A DNA stretch of 44,776 bases, taken from the sequence record NC_073075; one strand, written 5' to 3'. The notes beneath the pieces were generated by a model. That model made no database searches, had not been told where the DNA came from, and saw nothing but the letters and a program-made list of their open reading frames with translations. The DNA is from Escherichia phage ZCEC10. This document shows, piece by piece, positions 25,735-35,594 of this stretch (positions within the stretch are counted from its first letter, which is position 1; every line of letters begins with the position of its first letter). The translations under genes were made by a program, and so were the position numbers.

Positions 25735-28700
25735 CGATTATCTACGACGTCACTGGGCATAAAGGCGGCGGCGGCAAACAGCACACCCCACAGGAGACGC
25801 CCGATAGCCTGCATTCGCTGGCTAAAATCCGCATCTTGCTCGCACTGGGCGAAGGGGAATTCGAAAGTATTACCAGCGCCAGCGAATTACGGCAGCGAGT
25901 ATATCTGGACGGCACGCCGATCCAGAACGCCGATCTGTCGGAAAACTTCCCCGGCGCGCGCGTGGAGTTCCGCCCCGGCACACAACACCAGGACGTGATC
26001 CACGGATTTTCAGCGGTGGAAAGTGAGCAATCCGTAGGCGTAAAACTGGAAAACGGCACGCCGTGGGTGCGCCAGATTAATGACACCAGTCTTGACGCCG
26101 TGCGCATTCGAATCGGCATTCCCGCCCTGTACACAAACGAAGATAATGGCGACCTGGTGGGCGGGCGCATCGACTATAAGATCGTTGTGTATACGGATAA
26201 CGCAGACCCGCGTGAGTTCAGATTCGCCGCCGTTGGTAAAACAATGTCGCTATATGAGCGCGACCACCGCATCGAATTACCGCCGAACGTGAATACCGGC
26301 TGGCGGGTGGAGGTGCACCGCATAACGGCAGACTCCACATCGGCGAAAGTGGTTAATGATATCCGGGTGCAATCCATCACTGAGATTATCGACGCCCGCC
26401 TGCGATACCCGCTAACCGCGCTGTTGTTCGTGGAGTTCGACGCCAAAGCGTTCCAGAACATCCCGCGCGTGTCCATCAAGTGCAAAGGGCGTAAAGTGCT
26501 GGTGCCGAACAACTATGACCCGATTAATCATACCTATTCGGGAAACTGGGATGGCACGTTTAAACGCGCATGGACGGATAACCCCGCGTGGCACTGGTAC
26601 GATATTTGTATTACTGAGCGCTTCGGCCTCGGTCGGCGTATCAAACCGCAAATGTTAAACCGGTACGCGCTCTACCAGATTGCGCAGCGCTGCGATCAGT
26701 TGGTCAGCGACGGCAACGGTGGTCGAGAAATCCGCTTTAAGAATGATATGTACATTCAGTCACAGACGGATGCCTGGACCGTGCTTAAGGATTTAGCCGC
26801 TATCTTTGCTGGTATGACCTGGTGGGGAAATCAGATGTTGAATATCGTCAGCGACCAGCCGGTCGCAGCGGTATCGCACACCATCACCAACGCCTCGGTC
26901 ATTGATGGTCGATTCGACTACGCGTCCGGTAGCCAGAAAACTCGGTATTCCACGTTCGCGGTAGCCTACGGCAACCCAAAGAACCACTATGAAGATGCTA
27001 TCGCAACGGGACAACGTGTTGAACTGGTACGCCGCCATAAGATTAACCGTCTTGATATCACGGCGATCGGCTGTACGCGTGAATCAGAAGCGCAACGCCG
27101 CGGTCACTGGGCTCTAATCTCCAACCAGCTTGACCAGCAAGTTAGCTTTAAGGTTGGCATGGAGGGACTTTTCTTTATTCCTGGTAGCGTAGTCGCGATC
27201 GCCGATACAAACATTTCTGGCGGCTTCGAGACACGCGGCGGTCGCCTGTTGACAGATCCTGGCACGCGGACGGTGCTGAACACAGACAGCGAAATCACGT
27301 TCCGCCCCGGTGATAAATTCCTGGTACGCACCGATAGCGGTAATGTGGAGACTCGCGAGATCGCCAGCGTCAACGGCAACAAGGTAACGCTAAAAACCGC
27401 ACTGGACGCAGACCCGATTCCTGATCAGCCGTTTTGCGTTGATGGCAACGATATCCAGTTGCAGAAGTTCCGCATCACCGACCTGGAATATGACGACTCT
27501 ACCAGCACTTTTTCAGTGCGCGGGATCGAGTACAACGATAGCAAATATGATGCCGTTGATAATGGCGCTCGCCTTGATCCGGGCATCTTCACGCAAGTGC
27601 CTGACGGCGTAATGAAGGGGCCGGAGTCCGTGACCATCACCCCGTCGCAGATTTCATCGCAAGGCCAGCTAATCACCAACGTTGATATTGTATTCCCGCC
27701 GGTGAAGGATGCCGTGGTGTATGAAATCCAGTGGCGACGTACCAGCTTGCAGAATATGGAAATCCAGTGGGGTAACGACTGGGTAAACATCCCACGTACG
27801 GCATCGAACGGCGCGCACATCCCTAACGTGTTCTCCGGTAACTACCAGGCACGCGTCCGCGCAATCGGTATGGGCGAGATTTCGTCCCCGTGGGTGTCGT
27901 CCGCTATCACGCCGATCGAAGGTCGTCTCGGCGGGCTTAACGCGCCTATCATCACCAACGCGATTTCGGGCCTCCACCAGATTTTGTGGAAGTGGAACCA
28001 TAACAACGCCGCGACGGATATCTCCTACACCGAGCTTGAAGTGCGCAAGACTGGTGAGACGGAATGGAATTTCTTAACCAACGTCCCATATCCTGGGTCG
28101 GAGTATGCGCAAACGTCGCTGGAGTTCGGCATTTACCAGCAGTTGCGCGCCCGCGTAGCTGATAAAATCGGCAACCTGTCGGACTGGTCCGCCCTGTTTG
28201 AAGGCCAGGTGAGTGACAAAGTTGACGAGTACATGAAGGGGCTTGATGACGAGTTCTTGACTTCCGAGGACGGTAAACGCTTCCAGGAAGCGATCGACAC
28301 CATGCCGCAAGGTATCTATGAGTCTATGCTTACGGACGCCCAGCAGCTATTCAATGCCCGCGCCGAGTATAAAGGGATTTATGCGGAAATCACGGTGGCG
28401 TATAACGTGGCGGCGGACGCGCATAAAGCCGTAGCGCAACTGGAAACGTTGATCGGCACGCGCCTTGATGACGCCGAAGCATCAATCCACACGTTGCAGA
28501 CTGCGCAAAGCACACATGAACAAGCGTTCGCCCAGTACCAGCAAACTGTTGCCGCTAAGTTTTCGGAACAGGAAGCAGCCATCCAGCAGGTACAAACGGC
28601 AACGGCGGACGTGGCTGGCGCGCTAGCGGAGTACAAAACCCAGGTCGCGGCACAGTTCGATCAGCAGTCCGCCGCTATTGAGCAGAAGATGACGTCATCG

Positions 28701-29150
28701 TTTAACCATGCTGGCGGTAGCGCTACATATAGCCTTAAAGCTGGCGTGACGTATAACGGGACTTACTATGATGCCGGTATGCAGCTTTCCGTCGTGGCGG
28801 AAGGTGGCGCGGTTAAATCCCGCATCGCGTTCAAGGCGGACCAGTTCTACATCATGCACCCATCTAACGGGTCGCTTTCGTCCGCGTTTATCGTGGACGG
28901 CGGCGCGGTGTATATTGACACGGCACGCATCAAGGACGCGACTATCAACTTCGCGCAGATCACGGACACGCTGCAATCGAATAACTATGACGGCTACTCG
29001 CGTGGCTGGCGCTTAGGGAAAGACGGAACGTTTATCAACCTGGGAACCGGTAACGGTGGTGGGATGAAGCAGACAAACACGCAAATCAGCGTCAGGGATG
29101 GAAACGGCGTGCTCCGCGTGCAGATTGGTGAAATCACAGGTTATTGGTAA
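25731..29150 (+). CDS. Tail tip / host specificity protein (lambda J-like central fibre)
   Basis: 1139 aa, largest ORF, follows the I-like gene with overlapping start. Confidence 0.85.
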   Translation: MTIIYDVTGHKGGGGKQHTPQETPDSLHSLAKIRILLALGEGEFESITSASELRQRVYLDGTPIQNADLSENFPGARVEFRPGTQHQDVIHGFSAVESEQSVGVKLENGTPWVRQINDTSLDAVRIRIGIPALYTNEDNGDLVGGRIDYKIVVYTDNADPREFRFAAVGKTMSLYERDHRIELPPNVNTGWRVEVHRITADSTSAKVVNDIRVQSITEIIDARLRYPLTALLFVEFDAKAFQNIPRVSIKCKGRKVLVPNNYDPINHTYSGNWDGTFKRAWTDNPAWHWYDICITERFGLGRRIKPQMLNRYALYQIAQRCDQLVSDGNGGREIRFKNDMYIQSQTDAWTVLKDLAAIFAGMTWWGNQMLNIVSDQPVAAVSHTITNASVIDGRFDYASGSQKTRYSTFAVAYGNPKNHYEDAIATGQRVELVRRHKINRLDITAIGCTRESEAQRRGHWALISNQLDQQVSFKVGMEGLFFIPGSVVAIADTNISGGFETRGGRLLTDPGTRTVLNTDSEITFRPGDKFLVRTDSGNVETREIASVNGNKVTLKTALDADPIPDQPFCVDGNDIQLQKFRITDLEYDDSTSTFSVRGIEYNDSKYDAVDNGARLDPGIFTQVPDGVMKGPESVTITPSQISSQGQLITNVDIVFPPVKDAVVYEIQWRRTSLQNMEIQWGNDWVNIPRTASNGAHIPNVFSGNYQARVRAIGMGEISSPWVSSAITPIEGRLGGLNAPIITNAISGLHQILWKWNHNNAATDISYTELEVRKTGETEWNFLTNVPYPGSEYAQTSLEFGIYQQLRARVADKIGNLSDWSALFEGQVSDKVDEYMKGLDDEFLTSEDGKRFQEAIDTMPQGIYESMLTDAQQLFNARAEYKGIYAEITVAYNVAADAHKAVAQLETLIGTRLDDAEASIHTLQTAQSTHEQAFAQYQQTVAAKFSEQEAAIQQVQTATADVAGALAEYKTQVAAQFDQQSAAIEQKMTSSFNHAGGSATYSLKAGVTYNGTYYDAGMQLSVVAEGGAVKSRIAFKADQFYIMHPSNGSLSSAFIVDGGAVYIDTARIKDATINFAQITDTLQSNNYDGYSRGWRLGKDGTFINLGTGNGGGMKQTNTQISVRDGNGVLRVQIGEITGYW

Positions 29151-29153
29151 CAC

Positions 29154-29175
29154 AGGGGCTTCGGCCCCTTTCTTA
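29154..29175 (+). terminator. Putative terminator after the J-like gene
   Basis: Stem aggggc/gcccct with loop ttcg, weak T-tract. Confidence 0.5.
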
Positions 29176-29187
29176 GGGAGGTATTGC

Positions 29188-29490
29188 ATGGCTTTCGGCG
29201 TAGCAACATGGGACGCGCAAGGGCGACCAAACAACTACGGGATCAAGCCCGTTTCGGTTGTCGGAATTATTAAACTGACTCAAGGTCAAACATGGGGGGC
29301 GTGGTCGTTCGATATTCCGTCCGGTATGAAAGTAGGTTTTGCGGTTACGCTGGACGTAGGCGGCACTACGGTCGGTCGGGCGATCCGCGCCAGCGGGAAC
29401 ACGATAACAGTATCTGCGGCAAACAGCGCCGGTATTGGAAACTACCCGGCATCAGAATGTGAGGTAGTAGTTTTTGTGGAGAAAGCGTAA
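29188..29490 (+). CDS. Hypothetical tail-associated protein
   Basis: 100 aa with GGGAGG RBS. Confidence 0.5.
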   Translation: MAFGVATWDAQGRPNNYGIKPVSVVGIIKLTQGQTWGAWSFDIPSGMKVGFAVTLDVGGTTVGRAIRASGNTITVSAANSAGIGNYPASECEVVVFVEKA

Positions 29491-29492
29491 AA

Positions 29493-30164
29493 ATGGCAAA
29501 CTTCGGCGCGTTAATCGATAACAACAACGGCAACCCATTCATTACGCCAAACTCAACGCCGTTCGTCCTCTACGCTAAAGTGTCGGCAAATTCAGTGGAC
29601 GCCGGTGCAGATTATAAAACAGCAAGCGGTGGAGTGGATATCCCCGCGAACTATCCGGCGATGGTGTTCATGCGGTCCAATAACCGTTGCGTCCTGGCGG
29701 CGTCACGATCAGGTAACCGGATCATATTTAGCGGAAGCATTCAGGGTCAGAATAACCCACATTTTACCGTCACGGCGTACATATTCGCGCGATTCCCGCA
29801 ACCGCTGCCGAGATGGGGGTTTGCTATTTGGGACGCCAGCGGGACGTGCATACTCACCAACGAGAGCAAGGTACTCACTGATTTAGTCACAGTTGGCAGC
29901 TTCGGCAATAATGGGGGGATCAACATAGACCAGACGCTGCCGGGTAAATACGCGGTATCCCCTATGTTAATGGGCGCTACTCTGATCCAGATCTTTGTAC
30001 AAGGGCAGCCGCAGATTATCCAGATCTCGGCGGGGGCCGGTGCTTACGACAACGGAAGCGGCACTCGTATTAACGCGGTCGCTACGCAGGCGGGGTCGGG
30101 GAGCATCGCTGGGTATCAAAACACCGGCGTTGCGCTGACCGCAATTAACGTTGATGGGATATGA
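29493..30164 (+). CDS. Hypothetical tail-associated protein
   Basis: 223 aa clean ORF. Confidence 0.55.
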   Translation: MANFGALIDNNNGNPFITPNSTPFVLYAKVSANSVDAGADYKTASGGVDIPANYPAMVFMRSNNRCVLAASRSGNRIIFSGSIQGQNNPHFTVTAYIFARFPQPLPRWGFAIWDASGTCILTNESKVLTDLVTVGSFGNNGGINIDQTLPGKYAVSPMLMGATLIQIFVQGQPQIIQISAGAGAYDNGSGTRINAVATQAGSGSIAGYQNTGVALTAINVDGI

Positions 30165-30190
30165 AAAAGCCCCGTTCGGGGCTTATTTGC
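30164..30190. terminator. Bidirectional terminator between convergent genes
   Basis: A-run, stem gcccc/ggggc with loop gttc, then T-rich tract. Confidence 0.65.
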
Positions 30191-30401
30191 AGGTTGTTCT
30201 TTTGAAGTTGTCGATAGACACATACTGGAAGTTGAATGGGTATCCCGCCCGTAACATTTTATGACCGCTAACGTCTGCAACCCCAAACACAGGGACGGAA
30301 TACTCCATACCACTATTCATGTATGTTGCGTCGCAGATTTTAGACGGCATGTCGGCACAACCGGACAAAAGAACCGCACAAATCATAATTAAAGTTTTCA
30401 T
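30183..30401 (-). CDS. Small lipoprotein, candidate Cor/Llp-like superinfection exclusion protein
   Basis: 72 aa from the ATG at 30401 (AGGAG RBS); signal peptide with lipobox LLSGC; antisense gene beside the receptor-binding genes. Confidence 0.55.
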   Translation of the reverse strand: MKTLIMICAVLLSGCADMPSKICDATYMNSGMEYSVPVFGVADVSGHKMLRAGYPFNFQYVSIDNFKRTTCK

Positions 30402-30482
30402 GGTATCATCTCCTATATTTGGTTGAGTTTTAGTATTGCACCTCTCAATCAAGAATGCAACCAATTTTATGAGGATTCAGCT

Positions 30483-32315
30483 ATGGCAGCGGGTACACTC
30501 TCCGTAACGAATAACAGCAAGGCGGTTGTCGGGGCAGGCACGACGTTTACCGCGTTTACCGCTGGCGACTTCTTAACTCTGGTGGTGGGGCAAGTCCCCT
30601 ACACCGTGGCGATCTCTTCCGTCGAGAGCGACACCGCGCTTACTTTGGTGCTGCCGTTCGATGGACCAACGGCAACCGGCCTTGCGTGGGATGGGGTTAA
30701 GCGCGATACCATGTCACTGGCAACGATGGGCGTTACCGTACAGGCACAGAAAGCATTGCGCTTGATGATTGCGGATGAAAACAACTGGCGTGCAATCTTC
30801 GGCGACGCTGAAGAAATCACAGTGACGTTACCTAACGGGCAGGTTATGCAGGGTATGTCATGGGGCTACCTGTCATCCTTGATGAAGGAAGTAGACCCCG
30901 TCGAGATGCGCAACCTGCAACAACAAGCCGCCGCATCGGAAGCCGCCGCGCAAGGATTTCGTAATGAGGCCGAAGGCTTCAAGACTGAGACGGCTGGGAT
31001 TCGCGACGCCACCAACCAGATTAAGGCGGATACGCAGGCGGTCCACGACGCCACTAATACCATCAAGACGCAAACCGATCAGATTAAATCTGATACGCAG
31101 GCCATAAAAGACCAGACCAACCAGATTAAGACGGATACCGGCGTTATTCGCGACGAAGCTAATACAGCGAAGACCGACGCGCAAGCCGCCCGCGATGCCG
31201 CGCGAGGGTTTCGCGATCAGGCGGAAGAATGGGCGCAAAGCGTAAACCCCGACAATCTGCTAACCAAATCCGGCAACCTCGCCGGGCTTGCGGACAAAAG
31301 TGCGTCGTGGGCTAACCTTATGCCGTCAGGACCGCTTCGCGTAGGCGCGGACCCCATTGAGGATCTGGATGCCGCGACTAAGCGCTGGACTCTGGCGCTT
31401 TTAGACGCAGGCACGGCGAATACGTCGTGGAGTGTTAAGAACGCAGATGGTAGCGCACCTCCACTCGGCACTGTCGTCCGTGGCGGCGAGGTGGTATCGG
31501 AATATTCCAACCCAACAGCTACGCAGTTCGCCCGTCTGTACTCAAGCTCGGTATTTGGTTCTTCTGTCGGGGCTGTTGTTGAGTCTCAGGGGGCAGACGT
31601 ACACCAATTCAGGTTCTATGAGAACGGTAACATGGACTTCCGAAAGTCCGGTCATGGAAACGCTTTGGGGATGTATTCTGCCCAGGTCGCCTGGGATTCG
31701 ATACTCCGTGCGGGGCCGTCCGACTTGGTTACGGGCGGGGTTGATCGTGTGTCGGAAGGTGCTGGCTCGGATATCGTACTACTTGGTTATTCACTCGGTG
31801 CGGCTGGTCCAACAGGGTATCCGACTAAAGTAGGCTTCCACCAATACATGCCAGGAAGTCCAGCATTCGGTTCGGCGGTCATTACTGTTGGTGGTGATAA
31901 CAACTTCTGGTCGCGGTACTTCTTCGATATCACCGGGCAGATTTACGGGGCTACAAACAACGGCGAGTTCAGCTACGCGCGTAATGGCGTATCTGATGAG
32001 CGGGTTAAGCATGATATCGCCCCTGTAGGTGTTGAAAAGTCGTATTCTAATATTCGGGGTCTGGAGTTTGTAAAGTTCGTCTACAATAACGACGAGCAGG
32101 AGCGCGTCCGGCATGGTGTAATTGCGCAGCAGGCGGAGACTGTGGAACCTCTATACGTTAAGACTCGTAAGTACGTGGGTATTAATCCGGGAGAGGTTGT
32201 GGAGCAGAAGGAACTGGACACCACGCCGATGTTGCTGGATACTATGCACGTTGTGCAGACGTTGATGCAGAAGATCGAGGCTATGGAGGCCGAGATCGCG
32301 GCGCTGAAGAAATAA
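30483..32315 (+). CDS. Tail fibre protein with C-terminal intramolecular chaperone (peptidase S74-like) domain
   Basis: 610 aa; tandem IKxDTQAxxDxTN repeat segment; C-terminal SDERVKHDI...VVQTLMQKIEAMEAEIAALKK resembles auto-cleaving chaperone domains. Confidence 0.75.
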   Translation: MAAGTLSVTNNSKAVVGAGTTFTAFTAGDFLTLVVGQVPYTVAISSVESDTALTLVLPFDGPTATGLAWDGVKRDTMSLATMGVTVQAQKALRLMIADENNWRAIFGDAEEITVTLPNGQVMQGMSWGYLSSLMKEVDPVEMRNLQQQAAASEAAAQGFRNEAEGFKTETAGIRDATNQIKADTQAVHDATNTIKTQTDQIKSDTQAIKDQTNQIKTDTGVIRDEANTAKTDAQAARDAARGFRDQAEEWAQSVNPDNLLTKSGNLAGLADKSASWANLMPSGPLRVGADPIEDLDAATKRWTLALLDAGTANTSWSVKNADGSAPPLGTVVRGGEVVSEYSNPTATQFARLYSSSVFGSSVGAVVESQGADVHQFRFYENGNMDFRKSGHGNALGMYSAQVAWDSILRAGPSDLVTGGVDRVSEGAGSDIVLLGYSLGAAGPTGYPTKVGFHQYMPGSPAFGSAVITVGGDNNFWSRYFFDITGQIYGATNNGEFSYARNGVSDERVKHDIAPVGVEKSYSNIRGLEFVKFVYNNDEQERVRHGVIAQQAETVEPLYVKTRKYVGINPGEVVEQKELDTTPMLLDTMHVVQTLMQKIEAMEAEIAALKK

Positions 32316-32322
32316 ACAGAAT

Positions 32323-32346
32323 GGGGCCATACGGCCCCTTTTTTTA
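32323..32346. terminator. Bidirectional terminator at the switch between the plus and minus gene blocks
   Basis: Stem ggggcc/ggcccc with loop atac, followed by T8. Confidence 0.7.
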
Positions 32347-32919
32347 GTTTGAGTTTTCCCAATCCATCTTGCGCCTCACTAGCGGGCTTTCGTAGTATTC
32401 CTTGCCCTCTACTTCCACCAAAGGCCAGTCGTTCACAATCACGTAAGGCTCTGCGATATCCTCGATCACGCCGTGCGCGCTATGTTGTCCGAACGATACG
32501 CCCACCAGGATAACACCGGCAACGCGACGGGTCAGATATTCGCGAGCGCAACGGGCCTCCACCAGTCCGCGACGGATGCCGCTGGTGGCCTTAACCTCGT
32601 AGGTCCATACAGCATCGATCACATGCTCGCGGAAGTCTGGGCCGGACTTTACCTTGCGCTTGCCGACCATGATGATATCGCCGCGGTCGATGGTGTTAGC
32701 GCTGAACAGACCGGTACGCATTAGTAAGCCTTGCGGTATGCAACTACGCCCGCCCGCCTGCCCCTCAAGGTACATACCTGCAAACATCTCGCCCAGAACA
32801 CCGACAAGACGGCTTTGTTTGCACGCGTCAGACTTTAGGCGCCACTGGTCAAACTCGATGCTTGCGATCATTGCCGCCAGGTGGAATTGTTTACCGGATA
32901 TTTCATATTCGCCGTGCAT
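32344..32919 (-). CDS. Putative PD-(D/E)xK-type nuclease
   Basis: 191 aa; GDIIMV ... WTYEVKATSG fits a D...(E)xK active-site arrangement (motif level only). Confidence 0.45.
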   Translation of the reverse strand: MHGEYEISGKQFHLAAMIASIEFDQWRLKSDACKQSRLVGVLGEMFAGMYLEGQAGGRSCIPQGLLMRTGLFSANTIDRGDIIMVGKRKVKSGPDFREHVIDAVWTYEVKATSGIRRGLVEARCAREYLTRRVAGVILVGVSFGQHSAHGVIEDIAEPYVIVNDWPLVEVEGKEYYESPLVRRKMDWENSN

Positions 32920-32961
32920 TGTGTTGCCCTCATTGATGCGGGCCGAAGCCCGCGATTAGAA

Positions 32962-33516
32962 TTATTTAAGTGCGCCAGTCACCAGTGTTTTTTCCATGTT
33001 ACGGAAATCTTCCTGCGTCATGCAGATTTTCGATCCGTCTTCGCCGGTGAGCACGACCATAGGCTGGACGTCTTGCGCTACAACCCCAAAATCGTGGGCC
33101 TTCACCGTCTTGCCGAACGAGGCCACCGTATCTTCTGCAACGCGAATTGCGCTGTTATACGCATTAATCTCACCGTCAAGACGTACGGACAGTCCTTTGA
33201 GGCTGTCGAATTGTGCTGCCGTTGTATCGATCTGAATCTCGTCATGCACGGTCATGTAAGACTCGCCCAGCAGGGCGGCATACGCCACCAGGTCCACGAT
33301 ATTATCTTCCTGGTGCTTACGGTGCTGGCGCACCAGCTTCAGGCAGATTAAGAAGGTCCAGGCTTCTTGCTCGGTCAGGTCGCGACCGGTAAGCGCGTTA
33401 AACACGGCAGCGATTTGCTTAGCGCTGCGTTCCTCTTTCGCGTTGTCATAGCCGTTTTCTTTCCCGCGCTGTTCCATAGTGGCGGCCGCGTTTTTGCAGT
33501 ATTCGTATGCTTTCAT
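32962..33516 (-). CDS. Hypothetical protein
   Basis: 184 aa clean ORF. Confidence 0.6.
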   Translation of the reverse strand: MKAYEYCKNAAATMEQRGKENGYDNAKEERSAKQIAAVFNALTGRDLTEQEAWTFLICLKLVRQHRKHQEDNIVDLVAYAALLGESYMTVHDEIQIDTTAAQFDSLKGLSVRLDGEINAYNSAIRVAEDTVASFGKTVKAHDFGVVAQDVQPMVVLTGEDGSKICMTQEDFRNMEKTLVTGALK

Positions 33517-33562
33517 TGTGTGGTCCTTTTAGTGGGAGGCGGTATTGCCTCCCGACGTGATT

Positions 33563-33592
33563 AAGATACTGCAACCAACCTATTGGTTGCAA
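33563..33592 (-). promoter_or_regulatory. Putative sigma70-like promoter (TTGCAA-18-TATCTT, minus strand) inside a palindromic TGCAACCAA..TTGGTTGCA element
   Basis: Minus-strand -35 at 33587..33592, -10 at 33563..33568. Confidence 0.4.
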
Positions 33593-34050
33593 GTGAATTT
33601 TGCAACGTTTATCGCATAAATTTTCGGGACCAGATCGCCGCACGCCCGACGAATTGCCGCGATGTTCTTCGGACAGTCTTCAATGATGACCAGTTCCGAC
33701 ACGTCCGCATAGCATACCATTTTGAACACGGCGCACGCCTTAAACTCTGGCGGCGGGGTGTCGTCCAGCATGTGGCGCATAAACAACCGGCCGTTCGGGA
33801 ATACTTCCAGTTGCTCGGCGGTGGTTTCCCAACATTCGCGCTGCCGGTTGGTCAGGTACGCGATCTCGAAGCCTTGCTCTTTGTACATGGTCAGCAGCGG
33901 CAGCATATCCATGTTCAGATCTTCGCGTATATGCGCTTTGTGCCACTTCGCCCAAAAGGTGGATTTTGTTTTTATGCCCGGAACCAGGTCGGCACGCGCA
34001 TCGCTTGAACCGTTAATAACGCCATCCAAATCGCAAATCAGTAGTTTCAT
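33580..34050 (-). CDS. HAD-superfamily hydrolase-like protein
   Basis: 156 aa; N-terminal LICDLDGVI matches HAD motif I (DxDG); Thr and Asp motifs downstream. Confidence 0.6.
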   Translation of the reverse strand: MKLLICDLDGVINGSSDARADLVPGIKTKSTFWAKWHKAHIREDLNMDMLPLLTMYKEQGFEIAYLTNRQRECWETTAEQLEVFPNGRLFMRHMLDDTPPPEFKACAVFKMVCYADVSELVIIEDCPKNIAAIRRACGDLVPKIYAINVAKFTCNQ

Positions 34051-34280
34051 TTTAAGCTCTCAATAAGGGTGTATCGGGCGCTGCGCGCGGTGAAGGAGTT
34101 GCACACGAAATGGCAACGCTGAGTCATGACAAGCCAACCGGTGAGGTCAAGGCCCAAGATGTATTCGGGGCGAGACGCGCGCACCACACGATTGCGTCGC
34201 GGGTCGATGTTATAGTCTCTTTGCATTTGGTCTACGACCGCGGGGTCGCGGTCAACGATTAAGATATTCATGTAACTCAC
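34047..34280 (-). CDS. Hypothetical protein (77 aa)
   Basis: Start/stop coupled to neighbours. Confidence 0.4.
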   Translation of the reverse strand: MSYMNILIVDRDPAVVDQMQRDYNIDPRRNRVVRASRPEYILGLDLTGWLVMTQRCHFVCNSFTARSARYTLIESLK

Positions 34281-34737
34281 TCTCGCTCATTATTTCAATT
34301 TGTGCGCCGCCGCTGGGCGTCGCTTCGTCAAATATTATTAATTGCTGGCACTTGTTATTGCTCGGCCCGACTTCACCGGTGACAGCGTGTATAAATCGGA
34401 TACGCCAGTCCAGCAGAATTATCAGGTTTGCAGTCTTCCGGGCCAGCTTCGCCCACTTCGTCGACGTGTCCTGATTAAGTAGCATGACGGTCCGGCGTCC
34501 GTGCGCTGCGCACTTGACCCACGGCAGTGGATCGGAATACGGCGGGTTGCACCACTTCCACCCTTTCAACTCTGACCAGTCCACCTCAAGCGCGCTGTGC
34601 TCTGCCGTGAAGTAACGCGGCAGCAGGTGGTTTGTGTCGCTTGCCGCCATATCGTAACGGAATCGGTACTTCCGCCGAAGCGGTTTAAATAAAGCTGGCG
34701 GCGTGCGCCAGCTATCCTTCTGCTCACTCTTCTGCAT
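34252..34737 (-). CDS. DNA N6-adenine methyltransferase (phage Dam-type)
   Basis: 161 aa; WRTPP near N-terminus and catalytic CNPPYS motif. Confidence 0.8.
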   Translation of the reverse strand: MQKSEQKDSWRTPPALFKPLRRKYRFRYDMAASDTNHLLPRYFTAEHSALEVDWSELKGWKWCNPPYSDPLPWVKCAAHGRRTVMLLNQDTSTKWAKLARKTANLIILLDWRIRFIHAVTGEVGPSNNKCQQLIIFDEATPSGGAQIEIMSESELHEYLNR

Positions 34738-35188
34738 GGTCGGTGTCTATCGCATACAGGGCGATTTTATTGCCGGTCTTGAGAATGCGTTGCACGCGCT
34801 TTGTCTCCTCGACACTAAGCGGGCGCGCGTCCGGGTAGAAGCTGCCATTTGTAGGGTTGCGCCACGCCATAAGCACCAAATCTTTACGGTCAACCTTAGA
34901 CTGGCGACCCTTCGGACGCACGTACTCCTCGGCCCGTTTGCAATGCTCACGCAGCCCGTCGGCAGTGATGCGGTTTAGTGCGACGCTGGTGGTGTATCCG
35001 GTGCGCTGCATAATCCCCATCAATTCGAATAGCAGTTCGAAGCGCTCCTCTAATTCCTTGCGCATCTTCTCCTCGCCTTCATAGCTCGCCAGGTAGGTAT
35101 CCGCCAGCGCGTTCGCACGTTCGGCCTGTTCGCGGGCTTCGAGGCATTGCGCGGCCCAGTAATTTTTCTCTTCTTGTAAAATTTTCAT
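34724..35188 (-). CDS. Hypothetical protein (154 aa)
   Basis: ATG at 35188 with GGAG RBS directly downstream of a promoter; longer track ORF to 35299 lacks an RBS. Confidence 0.55.
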   Translation of the reverse strand: MKILQEEKNYWAAQCLEAREQAERANALADTYLASYEGEEKMRKELEERFELLFELMGIMQRTGYTTSVALNRITADGLREHCKRAEEYVRPKGRQSKVDRKDLVLMAWRNPTNGSFYPDARPLSVEETKRVQRILKTGNKIALYAIDTDHAEE

Positions 35189-35236
35189 CGTGTCGTCTCC
35201 AGGTATTAAAAAAGGGCGCCCAAACCGGACACCCTC

Positions 35237-35265
35237 AATATACTGCAACCAATCTAATTGTGCAA
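35237..35265 (-). promoter_or_regulatory. Sigma70-like promoter (TTGCAC-17-TATATT, minus strand) with two ATTGGTTGCA copies
   Basis: Minus-strand -35 at 35260..35265, spacer carrying ATTGGTTGCAG, -10 at 35237..35242. Confidence 0.5.
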
Positions 35266-35270
35266 CCAAT

Positions 35271-35594
35271 TTACGAATAAAAATTTGGGTCGCGCGCAAC
35301 GTCTACCAGATACAGGTTACTAATGCGGTTGCCGTAATGGCCTGGTGTGCGTTGACGGCACACTACGGCATAGCCTGGAGGGATTGTATTGCCAGTCTCA
35401 ATAATCCACGCCACGCGTGCGCCAGACAGCGTCTTGCCGTTGCATTCGATACGAGTACCGCCATCGGCGGTATTGAGGTTGCCAATCTTGCAGCCTGTGG
35501 ACTTCAGACGAATGACGCCGGTTTTGCTGTCGTAGGAGAATAACTGGTTAGTCATTGCGACCGAAAAATCGATGGCTTCGAATGTAGTGTTCAT
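35271..35594 (-). CDS. HNH/AP2-like endonuclease-related protein, possibly degenerate
   Basis: 107 aa; YDSKTGVIRLK...GARVAWIIETG...NRISNLYLV resembles the HNH_3 pattern but lacks a clear catalytic His. Confidence 0.4.
   Translation of the reverse strand: MNTTFEAIDFSVAMTNQLFSYDSKTGVIRLKSTGCKIGNLNTADGGTRIECNGKTLSGARVAWIIETGNTIPPGYAVVCRQRTPGHYGNRISNLYLVDVARDPNFYS

Noticed and set aside
35203-35212. GGGCGCCC after an A-run as a terminator
   Set aside because: It is a loopless palindrome, not a stem-loop, so it is unlikely to act as an intrinsic terminator.
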